The notes beneath the pieces are model-generated. The model did not search any database and had not been told where the DNA came from. It was given only the letters and a program-made list of their open reading frames with translations. A stretch of DNA of 64,000 bases, taken from contig OZ004615.1 of assembly GCA_963924565.1 (NCBI GenBank), positions 14,384,001-14,448,000 of the forward strand, in the 5' to 3' direction. A program made the translations under genes and the position numbers. The stretch is from Ascidiella aspersa. Taxonomy: Eukaryota. This document shows, in pieces, positions 40,501 through 54,608 of the stretch; within the stretch, counting starts at the first letter, position 1, and every line of letters begins with the position of its first letter.

Positions 40501-43500
40501 TACTACTTACTCGGCAACTGCAATGAAGCTGTTAAATACCACAGTGAGGTAAGGAGAATTTGCATGCAAACTGTTTGTTTTGCATAATGTAAGATTATGT
40601 TACATGATTACATCCATTTAATTATAGCTCCAGTATACTGGCTAATAAATGTCTCTCTCCCCTTTGTGCTTTAACTGAAATTTGTTTTTTTAAGCTAAAG
40701 ATTTTAAATCTGGGCACCAATAAATCACTTTATATATAGCGAGAAACCTAGACAATTTGGTGTATTTTGTATGAAGTAGGCAAAAAACCTAACTAATTAA
40801 ATAAAATCTGAGTCTTTTGTTCATAATTTCTTAATCATTGTTAACTTTTTCTTACTGTTGGATTTTACTTTAAAATAGAAGGCATTTTAATTAATAAGTT
40901 ATTGTTTATTATATTGATGGCAGTCCATGTCATGCAGTGTTCTACCATTTGCATAAAAGTAGTTTTGTTTTATTTATTGAAAAATTGTAAAACTTATCCT
41001 TTGAAATTATTCTTGTTGTTTAAATGTACAATTTTTTAGTGTAACAAATCTATATTGTAAAATGTAGAGACTCGCCATAGCAAAGGAGTTTGGTGACAAG
41101 CCAGCACAAAGAAGGGCTTTTGCAAACTTAGGAAATACCCATGTTCTATTGGGAAAATTCCAAGTGGCTTCTGAATATTATTTGTGGGTATTTTGTTTCA
41201 ATTTTTAATATTTAGATTCAACTTTCCTAGTATTACAAAGTAGTGGTAGGCAAAGAGCTATTGAAGTATATATCAATATTTAGTGTAGTTATATCAAATT
41301 AGGCCTGTAAATTATTTGTTGAAAAAATGTCTAGTAATTATGTTGTTTTTTCTGTAGGCAAACTGTATCTATTTCACGCCAACTTGGCGACAGAGCTTTT
41401 GAAGCCCAAGCTTGTTACAGTTTAGGTTCTACATACACTCTGTTGGGTGATTACAAAAGAGCAATTGAGTATCATCTGCGTCACAAACAGATCGCTGTTG
41501 AATTAAATGACAGGTATAAAGAAAATATCTTATTTAAAATAAAGAAGGTAGTATGAATATTTACCCAAAAACATGTATGTTTACTCAAATATCATAATCA
41601 TTAACAGAATTCTGCACAAATGTGAACACAATGCTATAATTCATTTAGTGGTTAACTGTGTTGTTGGCTTGCAATGTTGTACCTAATAGTTGCTGACATT
41701 AGTCAACCAAATTTGATGCTAATTTTTTTTAAAACCATTATAAAGTGAAAAGTATTTTGTTGAAGTTTAGGGTAGCTTGTAATAGGCTGTACTACTTTGA
41801 TGAAGTCTACAATATAAATGTGACCTCTGGATCCGCCCTTCAAGAAATTTTAGGATTATTGTATGAACATCAATTTTGAAATACGAATTATTAAAAGCTG
41901 TACTAAATCACATACCTACAAACAGTCCGAATAGTTTGCTATATTCTTGCATTGTTTGACATTAGTTTACCAATTAATGACATGCCAACAAAAGCTTCCC
42001 TAGTTCCATGTCCTTAAGTGGAACAACGGGTTGCTTTCAGATTTCTATATATTTCAGGTATTGCAACTACAAGTAGGTAGTGATATAATGGTTGTTAAGT
42101 TTTACTAATTTTCTCCAGTGTGAAGGTCTGAGGGTGGTACAGGCTGTGAGTTCAAATCTCCAACCAACCTAGCCGTTTTTAGCAAAACATTAACCTGCTT
42201 GCAAATAAATTGTTGCCTGATATTGTTGCTTCTAATGCCTAATGAGAACACGGTTTTATAGTTCGGTTGGAAAGTACCTTTTTGCGAACAATTGCTGTGA
42301 AAGAACACTGATTTTATGTTAAATTTTGACACAGCTATATTTTCTGCTTTAACATGTTCTAAAAAATAAATATTCTTTGTATTTAACCTACTTATCCAGA
42401 CTGGAGTCTTTATGACTAAATAATATTAAGCCCATCATGACATATTGTTTTGTTGTTGGTTATCATACGTTTGCATTTTGAGTTAAACAGTTGAGAGCAA
42501 CCTATTGGTTGAAGTAACACGCATATTGGGAACACTTCTGATTTGTCACTAGTGATACAAAAGCAACCAGTTGGAAAACACTGCTACATGAAATTTCTCT
42601 CTTGCCTATTCCCCTTGCCCCCTGTTTATAATGTTGTGTACATGGAGATGCTAGTTTTATATATTTTTCTGTAGATATGTTAGGTTTTTTTCATTTTTGT
42701 ATATGACTATACCTTCTAGTCTTTTTTCCCAGGGTCGGTGTTGGTCGTGCATGCTGGTTACTCAGTAATGCTCATATGTCACTGGGAAGTTATTCAAAAG
42801 CATTGGAGTTTGCAAAAGAGCAGCTTCAAATTTCATCTGAGGTTTGTATTCGGTTTTTGTTTTTCATATGTGCTAAAAACAATGTAAAAACTGTTCCGCA
42901 ACAATTAAATTTGTTGCAAATTATATATAAATATATATATATACCACCCTTTTTATAATTATTCCGTCACTTTTAAAGCTTGGCGATTTAGCTGGCAAAG
43001 ATGTTGCAACTAAGAATGTACAGAAGCTCACCAACTTAGTAGAACAGAGCAAATCATTCATAAATGCGGAAACATCTAAAAAAAGACGGGCTAGCATGGA
43101 AAACATGGAACTTCTACGTCTCACACCAGAACAAGTAACATATCCTTAAAATAGTGAACATCCTGCAACTTTGACATACTTAAAGTTTCATCATAATGCA
43201 ACTTTGCCATACTTCAAGTGGTGGTTGTTTTGCCCCCTTTATAGACTTGCTATGGTTGTTTAATTTATTTTCAGTTTTATTTTTTCGACAATCTAGTGTT
43301 AATTTGGATCAGTCGGTGGGTATTTTTATTATTGATAAGAAGTATACATATTACATATGCTATTTCGAGAACAAAATTTATCTTTAGGTTAAGATGCAAC
43401 ACACAAATACAGAAAAGTACAATGGACGCTCAGTATCGCTTTTTCCTGATGAAAATACACAAGTGTGTACTGTGTGTTTGGGTTTGTTGTAATTGAATTA

Positions 43501-46500
43501 GACCAAAATGGAGTTTAACAAATACCATTTAGTCTGTATTATAGCCTTCTTATTGAAAAATGCTTCAGTTTAAAGATTTAGTTGATTTTGTTTCTTTTTG
43601 ATTTTTTTTTTTTTTATTATTAAAATTTATTATACTTGTTATTTTTGCAGGCTGACATCGAAAATGGGAATCACAGAAATGAGTCTGCAAATGGTCACTT
43701 AAATGGACAACCTTCAATTCTAAACTCCAATGATGTTGATGTGGAAATCAGTAACAATGTATGTAATAACTTTCAGTTAGGAATAAAGTGAAAGCATATG
43801 AAACAAAAGACTGCAATAATAAATAACTCACTGCATCAGATTAAAGCAATTTGTTATAATTTTTTTGCTTTCATTGCAAAGTATTGAATTTTAAATTTAC
43901 ATTTGTTTAAATTATAAAAGTGTCATTTATAAAAAGGGAATTAGGCTTTTAATGAAATCCCCTAAAAATAATTGCAATAAAGCATTAAAGCAAACACACA
44001 TACAGCAGTAAACAGACACACTATCTAATTGCCTGCTGAAATGACCATGGAATAAAATAAGGATATTGGCAGAATGGATGACTGGCCAATGGCCATACCA
44101 CTATCCTTAGTAACATATGTGAAATCGGACAACAGTCTGTGTAAGAGTGTTCAGTAAATACAATGTTTGCCTATATAATAATTGTTCAAGCTCCCCTTTA
44201 TTTACTATGCAATTCGATTGTGATAACCCCAAGTGTACTCCATCTGTTTTTGTTTTTTTGTTTGGGGGGAGTTCTATATTCCAACCTAATGTTTTATCTG
44301 GCCCCTCTGCTCGTTATAGTACGGAATGTGAAAAAGTTAATTTGAACTAGTTGTATTTTCTTTAGCCAACTCGTTTTTATTTTTTGTAGAATTCAGTACA
44401 GCAAAATGTTACTGCTACCCGTCTACTGTAAAACAATATTATTTTTTTTTATCCCTACTAAACCAAATTTGTAGTAGGTAAATTGTATTTCAGGTACTTA
44501 AAAATACACGGTCATTTTCTATTTGGGGTTTCTAAAATATTTTGACTTTTGACGAATCGGGTTTGATTTGCTTAGTTTAAACGTGAGTCGTGATGCAAAA
44601 ATTGGCGACTTTAAGGAACTAGTTAATGTTCTATAGGCCTTGTTACACAGGGTTGCTACAGATTTTTTGAACAAGTAAAGTATTTGAATTGATTTGTAAG
44701 TCTTAGGAAAACTCTATGAAATGTCTTTGAATTTATTTTATGTGCAGCGTATGTTTTGTGTTTCGAACGTCCCGTAGTAAAACATTTTTTTAATTATTTG
44801 GTGTAGTGTTAAGCATAGAATTCATCCTGTTTTATTTTCGAATAATATTCAAAACGTGTCGAGTGATTCAATTGAGACCCTTACAAGCTTTTCACTTCTT
44901 TCAAAAAACTTGATTGTTTTTTCTTAAAAATGTCTTTTGGCAGTCGGATTTTTTTACTGCGACTAAATGAAAATATTGAATGAATCCTGTCGCTCAAACA
45001 CTGACATTTAACCAGTTATTATGACTTGGTGTTCAGTACGTTGCCTGTATGGGAACCTACTAGCTGAATTGAAATCAAACATCCGTAGTGACAATATTAC
45101 CCGGGACCAGGGTTTCATTTGGCCGACACACCCTTGATTGCAGCAGTCGGCCATATGTTTCCCTTGCTTATTCACTTGGTGCACTGTGGATCCGTGTGAC
45201 TTGCTTTTAGGGTTATTAGTTTTCAAGAGCTGGAATAATCCGCAAGTTGAAAAAGGTTTTAATCGACCTTCGGCTTAGTAGTGCCAGTTCACCTTTGTCG
45301 ACCACATCGCGTTTCATCATTCGCACTATATCGTAAGTTTAATTTGCAACGGCCTAGTATTGGATATGAATTTAGTGAGATCGTGAAAGCAGGCAGTATC
45401 CCGTGGAATCAATTTGAAATTGATTAATTTGGTCATTGCAGATCTCACCAGACTTACAGGGTATGATTTAAATAAAATATATCGTGTATTTAAATAATCC
45501 ATAGTTAAGTTAGATTATTTGTGCGGCTGCGTCTTACGGTTTAATCTAATAGCCTCTTTAATTTGTAAAACAAGTGTGTTTTAGTTCGCCTTGTAAATAC
45601 TAATATGTAATATTTGGTTTATATCATGTTGCAGGCTATTTTGTTATTTAATTTTTACCGTGTTACGGTTATTGCATGTTGGCTTAGTTATCGGTATAGT
45701 ATTTTGCACACAACCGCTATTTTGGTAAACCGCGAGTGTGTAGAACATTATAGTTTTTATACTGGATATAAAACGGCCGATGGTTGTTCAGTTAGTTTGC
45801 CCGAATAAAAAAAACATTGTTTGAAGCGACCGGACGTCACAATTGCGTGATAACCTCGCTTACCAAGAATAAGAACATGCTGACGCGATTAGAACAACAT
45901 CTATATCGAACGTTGTTGCAGGTCATTTCGGTAACGGTTTGGTCAAACCTCTGTAAGTTTCTCTATGCAGTCAAGCTTTGTTCATAATATCGTTGCCGAT
46001 TTTACGTGACTATTTGGTGCTCACCGGGACGAATAAAATTACTTCTGTGACGATTTTATTTATTTATTTATTTGACATTTAAACTATTGAAGCTTCAGTA
46101 ATTTACAAAACAACCTAACTTCCTTTAAACATGTTTAGTAACAATGTTAGCTTTTCAATTGGGCTAAAGTAAAAACTAATCAAACTCTTGTAAAAACTCT
46201 GTTTTTTATCTATATATCTTTTCTCCAAAAATCGTTGCTGTACCTGACAGAATCCGCCTATTTGCCGGTTTTGCAGGGAAGCGAAAAGTTCTTTGACCTG
46301 TTGAGTCGCGTTCAGTGCCGACGCATGGACGACCAGCGGGCCGAGATGAGAAACGACGAAGAGGCGCTGCTTAACCTGCCAGAGTTCCTCCAACAACAGC
46401 TCCAGCACCGACAGGCCCAGGTGATACAGCAGCAGGAAGCGGAGGCGGCCGAACTGGAGGCCGACCAACGAGGTAGGAACTTGTTTCGTGATGGCCGCCG

Positions 46501-48745
46501 TGTTGCCCAAAATTCTCCGATCGCACTAAATGCGTATGTGCAAAATTTATTGTGCCTTGGTTTTAATATTGTAACATACACGTTTCTTCAACGTCGTTCG
46601 ATGGCTGTGGCATTTTAATGCATCACTCGTTAAAAGGCATATTGAATATTTATAGTATAAGCAATACACGCCCATTTTATAGTATAAACAATACACGCCC
46701 AAACAATACACGCCCATTTAGAACATTTGAGGTGGCCACAGACCAATTTAAAAAAAAATACATTAGGGTTAGACAGGAATAATGGCTTGGGGAGGAGTTA
46801 AAAAAGGAATGTAAATTTATTGTTCAGAAGTATCTCACTAATGCACGGTTGAATAAATAATCTGTTTTGAAATATGTTCTGCTGTGTTTTGTTCTAAACC
46901 TGTTTTACAGTTTTTTCTTTCATATAGCACTGAGCCGCAGAATTTTTTTGCAACAGAAATGGGCCCTAAAAGAAAAAAAGGTTGAGAACCACTGTTTTAG
47001 ACGGACATTTTCTTTGTTTTTAGCCGAGGAAAACCACGAGAAGATGAACCATATGATAAGCATGCTAGCCCGCTCACAATCAAAGCGACTAAACGAGCAG
47101 AGAGTAAGCTTGTCCAGTTTACCAGGACTCAGGATCAACGACGATTCACTGCCACTGACTCAGGAAGTTCCGGGTATTTCAGTTAAACATATGAATCTGT
47201 AAAGGTTGTTTCTTTAATGTTTATACACGGGTTTATCCCTATTCACTATATTCCTCTTTATCGTTGCTTTATTGGCCGCGTATTTTCAACTCCAGCTTCT
47301 TAACTTAACTCCAGCTTCTTAACTGTATAGCCATAGCTGATCCACTAGAAGCAAATGGTGGTCCAAACATGGTCGCTGATGGCCGCTTAGCGGAGCCACA
47401 TCCCCAACAATCCTTGGACGAAAACTTCTTTGATAACCTCATTCGGTGTCAGGTCAGTTTATGTTAAGCCCAGCTATCAAGGATAAACCTGCTATGACCT
47501 TTCAGATAATACTATTGTGGGTTGACGTGCTCACGGTCAGTAAAAATATGTTGTTTTGTTTTGTGTGCAGAAAACTTAAATGCAACTCTAAAACGATTTT
47601 CTATGGATGTTTATTTTTTTAACTGAACTAATGATCCATAACGACATGTTATTTTTAATACGTGGTACTTTTGGGAAACTTTCCAATGATCAATGACCAG
47701 AACGCTTCAAGTTAATTATCGGGGCACAAAAAATACCGGACTCATACGTTTATAACTTGTACTACTGTGCCCTGTACAGGTTAAATTGCATTGCCCTAAT
47801 TTTGTAATGTAAAACGTGCGTGATTTTGATCCAGGGCACTCGGTTGAACGACCAGCGAAGCTCTGGTCCATCAGCCGACGCGCAAGTCCAACCCTCCCTC
47901 ACCATTCCCGACGAAGACTTCTTCTCGCTAATTGTGCGCATGCAGTCATCACGCATCGATGATCAGCGCTGCAGGTAGGTTGGCCGTTTTTTATTTGTAT
48001 AATAAATGTATGTTCTTCCAAAGAGTTTACTATTATGCAATGTGAATGCGCTCTTTATATACAAGTAAAACCTAAAATTAAAACAAACCCGAATAACTTG
48101 TATGATAAAGCGTTTGTTTAAAAGGTGTATGTATTTCGCTCAAGTGGCATCATGGATTTTCTATTCAAACCGATTCTATTCAATGAAAAAATATATTCCT
48201 TTAACAAACCTCTTTTCAAATATACTTATTGATAAACTTTTTATCTTCTTGTGTGCGGAGCAGACAAACAAAATCGAAAAATAGAAAACTGCTGCCAACG
48301 GTTTTATGATTTCATGAATACAACATTTTATATAAAACAGTATTTATAGTACGCCCAACAAGTCCCTAAAAATAATGGGACTAATAATCCTGTTCCCACC
48401 AAAATACCTATTAAACCTACATAGAAGTTACAATCTTACTCCTAAACCTATGTGTCTATGCCTCACTTATCCAGTTAAGCCCCACTTTTTCGTGCTAGGA
48501 GATAAAGATGTTAAAAATAGATGGGCACATACTTTTCCTCTGTTTCTATATGTGCGTAAGTTTTTCAATGAAAATTGTGAACAGTTTCTTGGAAAAAGGG
48601 AACATCCGCGATTTAACCGGCTGATATTTATAACGTCAATAAACTAATGCAACAAAAGTCAGCCAAATGCGATTTCCACGATTTTAAACCGAAATGTCAC
48701 CTATTATCTTGTTTTTTTTTTAGATTCGAACCAGTTGACGGATAA
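34540..48745 (+). CDS. GPSM2: G-protein signaling modulator (LGN/AGS3/Pins; GPSM1/2 orthologue): N-terminal TPRs and four GoLoco motifs
   Basis: Exons 34540-34654, 35439-35550, 38373-38508, 38680-38822, 40425-40548, 41068-41183, 41358-41513, 42733-42841, 42979-43134, 43651-43758, [linker exons uncertain], 46277-46472, 47024-47173, 47331-47452, 47835-47974, 48724-48745 (TAA). Peptides ELAFEGERLCKSGD, TLSAIYSQLGN, FFDLLSRVQCRRMDDQR and PDEDFFSLIVRMQSSRIDDQR. Confidence 0.93.
35704..36029. mobile_element. hAT MITE
   Basis: TIR CAGTG(T/G)TTCTCAACC; TSD ATATAGTT/ATGTAGTT. Confidence 0.8.
36281..36770. mobile_element. hAT MITE
   Basis: TIR C(T/A)GGGGTGTCCAAC; TSD ATCTAGGA. Confidence 0.85.
36952..37341. 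mobile_element. hAT-like MITE with GAGTC repeats
   Basis: TIR CAGGGCTGCGGA / TCCGCAGTCCTG; TSD ATTTAAAG. Confidence 0.85.
37430..38006. mobile_element. Long-TIR foldback element; a second copy starts at ~63576
   Basis: 37436-37510 is an inverted copy of 37890-37962; 37600-38006 is the reverse complement of 63576-64000. Confidence 0.75.
39005..39565. repeat. Degenerate ~41-bp minisatellite in a GPSM intron
   Basis: About a dozen tandem units like GTAGCTCAAATAAAACTAATTTGGGCACTTTTTTG. Confidence 0.85.
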
Positions 48746-51700
48746 CGTGTGCGATGACTGTGGCCTTCTTGCACGTTGTTACCCGAGGTTTTCCCTTCAC
48801 GATCACTTGGCTGCGTTTTATTTAGCTTTGCAGCTCGGTCGTTCAACGCAAGTGCAATACCCTTTGCGTTCTCATCTACCCATGAATTTTGCTCTGCGAA
48901 GCATATAAAACTTTGCGGGAACAGTACACAGTTTAATGAATGCATTTAACTAACGCTGGCATATCTGAAAATTTTGCATCGTTGGCCGGTTTACAGCGAC
49001 GTAAACAAAAAAATAAAGCACATTCGGTACCCCGCAAATAACTTAAAATTGCCGTTCTTGGCATTTACCAGTGGATATAAACTGCTACGCCACGAGACGC
49101 GTTTTGTAAATCGTGTTACTTTTTGTAATTTAGATTTAGTAGTAGAGCTACTTCACCTTAGAAGCGTTTCTGCGCCCTATCAGCAATTGTTGTATGACGT
49201 TTTTTTGTTTTGCACGAACGATGACAGCCACGTCATCACATTAATAAGTTACCTATACAAAAACAATCAATTCGACTGAAATAAAAACCTTACTTAAAAT
49301 AATTTGGCAAAATTGTTGCCGTCAAACGTTACACAATTTTCAAATAACTGCCAACTAAAAACTTTGCTTTTGTAAATTTTAATCCAATGAGCAAGCAAGT
49401 ATATAGCTTACTTACACTTGCGCTGCGTTTATTTTTTTCAATAGTAGCGAATTAAGCTTCTATGCAACTTGGCAATTTTCAAACATTTTATTGTACTGCC
49501 GTAATATTATAATTGCTAACAACCAAAAGCAGTAACTTGTTGAAGCACCTTTCACCACAAATAACCCAAGTTGTTTAGATACAGCAAAACCATAGCATGT
49601 TTAATTCTATACAGGTACGTACATTCTACATTTGTGTATTGTGTGGAACAATTCCACACCCAGTGTTTAACTCGCTGTTTTTTTTTTTATTTTGGGAGCG
49701 ATAGAAAAATCATCACAGTCAAAATTGCTTCTCCTACAGTGCCAAGTGATACTTTGCATGTTGTTTCATTTTACTTATTTGCTATTTAACAGCAGTTATT
49801 TCGCAATTTGATAAATAAAACATTGCGATTACCTGTTCCCTTTTTTATGAAAGTCCGTATATTGCGTTCGTACATTGTCTCAGTGCCGTTTCAGTTTAAC
49901 GTTGTATTTCTTTTGCATACTCTGCTTCAATTGAAAACCCGTTTAATTTTGTCCTGGTGTTGTTTTCTTTTTAAATCCAATCTCAATCGCGTTTTCTGCT
50001 GCCGTTTCTGTTGCCCGATCATATTGCTGCTTCACGTGTGTGAATAAAATAACACAACCGCTCTAGACGGTTTCACTTATATTTTTCTGTTTAAAGGTTT
50101 TTTAGTGTTTTCTAGGTTTAATCTTCAAAAGCTGGCAAACAAGGCCTCGTAAAATTATTGTGTATTTTACTAAATAACCTTCTGGCCATTATCACTATAA
50201 AGTCTAGTGTAAATCATTCTATAAAACTTACTTTTAGACATCGGTATCCCTAGTCCACAACTATAAACTTGCGATACGGTACGCAAATTGAAACATTAAT
50301 AACATTTTTATCAAGTTAGGACACTTTAACATTTTACGCCATTTTCGGACGACAACGTTGTGCTAACTTTATTTTATTAATACATCAATTGCTAGATTAT
50401 AACATAATAAACGGTTTTCCAACATAATAAACGGTTTTGGGTAAACTTGGGTGTTAAATTAAGGATATATAGAAAACACGGCGATTGCTAAATTACACGA
50501 GCTAAAATTTATCATAGTTAAATAACGACATCCAGTTTTAGTCAATATGGCAAAGGCCACAAATATGAATACCAGCCATTTTAATTTAGGTTTAAAATTG
50601 CTGTGAGACTTTAGCCTAACCCAAGTTTGACGAATTTTAAACATCTTTATTTAGTATTAAACCACTTAGACTCAATTTTAAGAGTTTAACAGCTTATTTA
50701 GCGACCTCTTTTTGCCATAGCTGAATGTTCTCAATCATAAACAAATCGCCTTCTCCATCGACTGTGTTAGGATGATCAACCTGCAAACAAAATGATTTTC
50801 AATATATCTTCAATAAATAATACAAATTTATTAAAACGTAGAATTCATTTTTCCCAGTTTTAAGAAAATCGGTTCACCCAAACGCACGTTTCCACTTTGC
50901 GTATTGTACGTTGTGGGGTATGAACTCATACACTCATGAATGACAATTTTGGTGCATATATTTAAACGCTATAGTTCGCCCGAGAGCGGAAGGTTTTTTT
51001 AAATTAGTAGTTTTGTGACTTCATATTATGACCGAACTTTGTGACATATCATCTCTAAAAATGTCATGCCATTAACTAAACAGAAATCCTGGACGCGTTC
51101 CTGGTCTTTTATGTCCAGTTGAGCTACTTTTACTTGGGTTTTAATATTGTGAAAAGCCCATGAGTACTAAAACGAGATTTGTTGCAGTGTTTGCCTCGCG
51201 ATCCCTGTGGCACATCGTTGTTGAGATTTGATAAAACGTTATGATAGAAAGATAAATTTGATACAAATCAACTTAAACGAAAATGTAAGGTGCTATGTTG
51301 CTCGTGAGACTCAAAATATTAGAGGCAAATTCCACATATTGGACTCATTTCATTTTTTTAACCCCTGTTCTATAACGTTACAAACAACTTTGTCAATCAA
51401 TAAGTTTTCTCACTGTGAAGTTAGTGACGGAGCCGGAAAGTTAATAAAGTAATGATCCCCTGACGAGAGAACGAGCTCGTAAATTCGGGAGCGAGCTTCA
51501 CTTTGAACCATGTTGCTTGGAAACGATAGAAGAGAAACTAAGCATAAAGCAAATGAAAATAAAGAATAACACGTTGTTTGTTGCGAAACGAAAAAGCAAG
51601 ATAAGTATTAGAAACATGTCAGAAACTCATATGTTCAGTTCGTATTAAGATATATATTTATTTAGGTTATTGGGTTTGTAGAAAATTACCATAGAGTTTG

Positions 51701-52350
51701 TTTACCAATACTTCATTTAGAAAAGGTAATTAGGCAAAATATATTTTAGGTTCGGTTCAACTAAATATTCAAATCACTACAACTGATGAAATTTTTGCAA
51801 ATTTCATTTTTTTGCAAAATAAATATATAACAGTCCAATAATTAAAATAAAGATAAAAGATAATTGTTTAAAATGACAGCCGAAATAACTTGATAGTGCC
51901 TAATGGCAGAACTAAGGCATATAAAGGATGAAGCTTACAAATAGGGCGACTCAAAACAATAATGTATTCCGGGGGTAGTTTGGCGTCTCGGGTTGAAACG
52001 TTAAAAAATGTTTACTGTTTTTTAAGCAAATATACAGCTGTCTTCATTGTTTGAGATATGCGTGCCAAACGTTTTACTTTCAATCCACTTTTTTATTTAA
52101 TAATTTTCATTTCGAAGCAACTTACATGAAACCAAAAGACAGGCGAAAGAAAGGCAAGTGTGCAAGTTCCATTCCCGACCAAACCTCCGTGGACTGCAAC
52201 ACCTCGGGCTCCCGCCAGAGTTCGGTAGTTCTGCGCCCAATCCTCGATGTAGGCAACTGAGTTTAAATCTATATTAAAACCAGAAAATGTTAATACACTT
52301 TTGAGGCGGTACAGATCATCTTCGTTGATATAGAAAACTATCACTTAAAC

Positions 52351-54608
52351 CAGGGGCGTGCAACTGTTTATTGCTACGGGCCACAATGTATACTTACGAT
52401 GGTGCTGCGGGCCAGACAATCGAACAACAAATGTATTTTTTTTTTGAACATTTTTTTATTGGAAAACCGTGACAATCAAGTTACTCGTTAAGTTATTAAT
52501 GGGATGTCTGGTATCTTTTCTCGCCAGAGATCTTGCCAATGTCAGCTTTGACAGAAGAAGTGGCAACTCGAAGTTGATTTGACAAGTGCTCATCTGTGAG
52601 CTGATTCCTACATTTTGTCTTGAACAGCTTCATTTTTGAAAAGAACTGCTCACAGCAGTATGTGCTTCAGAAAAGAGATATTATTTTTCTTGCGTGATTT
52701 TCTATATTTGTGTAATTTCCATACACGTAGCTTCTGTAAAAAGTAAGCAAATCATTTTCATTGTAAGCTCGTTTGAGATCGACGTTTGCTTGCAATTCTA
52801 TTATCTCTAATTGAAATTTAGATGGAATACTTCCACAACCAGGTCAAATGGATGAGCAAAAAGTTGAAAGTCGGCATTGTGTTTTCGAAAATCTTCAAAC
52901 CGAGTTTCAAATGCCGAAATTAACTTTTCAACTATTTCAACATATTTTTCACAGTAAATGTTTTGAATTTGTAACTTTCTACTTTCCAGACAAGGAAAGT
53001 GATTTAGGGATGCTCTGCTCAACTGAGATCGAAAAAGCTTTAGTTTTGCTGTAAATGATGAAATATGTTCGACCATCTTGTTTGCTAACTGATGTTTTCC
53101 TTGCAGCTTTATATTCAATTCTGAAAGGTGATGTGTGATGTCAGTTAAAAAAGCAAAATCGTTCAACCATGTATCATCTTTGAGAAAGGAAACATCTTGA
53201 TCTTTATATTTCATAAAAGTTTCAATATCCTCCTTGAGATTCCAAAATCTCGTCAAAGTGGTAGCTCTGCTTAGCCATCTTACTGCACAAAAATAGTTTA
53301 CATCCGGGTAATCAGAGTCAAGAGCTTGAAGAAACGACTTAAACTGTCGATGATTTAATCCGCGCGCTCGTATGTAATTAACACACGAAACAACCTTTTT
53401 CATGACTTCGCCAAAATCCAGTACTTTTGAGCACAAATTTTCCTGATGAATGATGCAATGGCTCACATAAACGTCCTCAGTTTTAATAGCATCCAAAAAT
53501 CTTTTGACAAATCCATTGTTTTTCCCACCATTGATGGCGCTCCATCCGTGGCGATACCAACCAAGTTAGAAGAATCTATTTCATATTTTTTCATCAATTT
53601 TATTACCTCCTCGCAAATATCTTGACCAGTTGTTGTTGATTTCATACTAGCCATATCTAAATATTCCTCGATTACTTCAAAATTATCTGTCACTCCTCGT
53701 ATAAAAACAACTAGCTGAGCAGTATCGCTCAAGTCTGTACTCTCGTCTAAAGCGATACTAAAAGCAGAGCATTTGCTCATCCTCTCCTTTAGAGAATCTT
53801 CGATATTTTCCGAAAGCATATCTATTCGGCGAGCCACGGTAAAACGAGACAAACTTGTTTGCTCCACTAAATATTTCTTCTCCGGTGACACATTTCCGAT
53901 AAATATCTCCAAACAATTCTTAATGAATTCACCATCAATGTACGGCTTTCCTTTTTCGGCAATTGCTTCAGATAGCTGAAAGCTCAGTTTTGTAACAAGC
54001 TCAACTTCTTTCTTATAACCATGAAATACCTCTTGCTGTTTGCTCAAAGAATTTTTCAATTGCTGCATTTTGTCAACCCGCAATTGGCCTACAACGCTAT
54101 CATAATTAGCAGAGTGCTTCGTACAATAGTGTCGTTTGATATTGTACTCCTTCATTACTGATATAACGTTTTGACAAATCAGGCAAACTACATCTTGATT
54201 GTGTTGAACTACGAAGTAATTTATACACCACTCGTTGTTGAACTTTCGTCTTTCATAATCAACCTTTCTTTTCTTACCAGTACTTGTAAACATTTTTAAT
54301 TTGCTAAGCTTTTTCGTAAGATTAATATTAGTATATTCAGCACACCGCAGCCATAAAATAAGATCACGTTACTGAATCATTACCAGCAGAACAAGGCAGT
54401 TTTACTACAATGCACACTATGACGCAATAACAAAGGTTTAATCAGTGTGACGCAATACTAATTGAAAAATGCCAATGATTCCGTTACAAATTAACTTCTT
54501 ACGATGTAGCAGGGAAAATTGTTAAAAAATAATGGGCTACTTGACGAAGTCTATGCGGGCCACGTAAATAGGTACCGCGGCCCGCGGGCCGTATGTTGCA
54601 CGCCTCTG
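52351..54608 (-). mobile_element. hAT transposon, Buster/SPIN (GTF2IRD2-like) family, full length
   Basis: TIR CAG(G/A)GGCGTGCAAC; perfect 8-bp TSD ACTTAAAC (52343-52350, 54609-54616). Confidence 0.95.
52496..54293 (-). pseudogene. hAT transposase, frameshifted
   Basis: ORFs 53463-54293 and 52807-53496 carry a BED finger (CLIC..HY..KH), SIALDESTD, ATDGAPSMVG, HCIIHQE and VRWLS. Frameshifts at ~53520 and ~52830 and a stop just before STYCCEQFFS. Confidence 0.92.

Noticed and set aside
48100-50050. Short 60-100 aa ORFs here and elsewhere in the ORF track
   Set aside because: No recognisable motifs or splice support; expected by chance in AT-rich intron/UTR DNA, or antisense to real exons.
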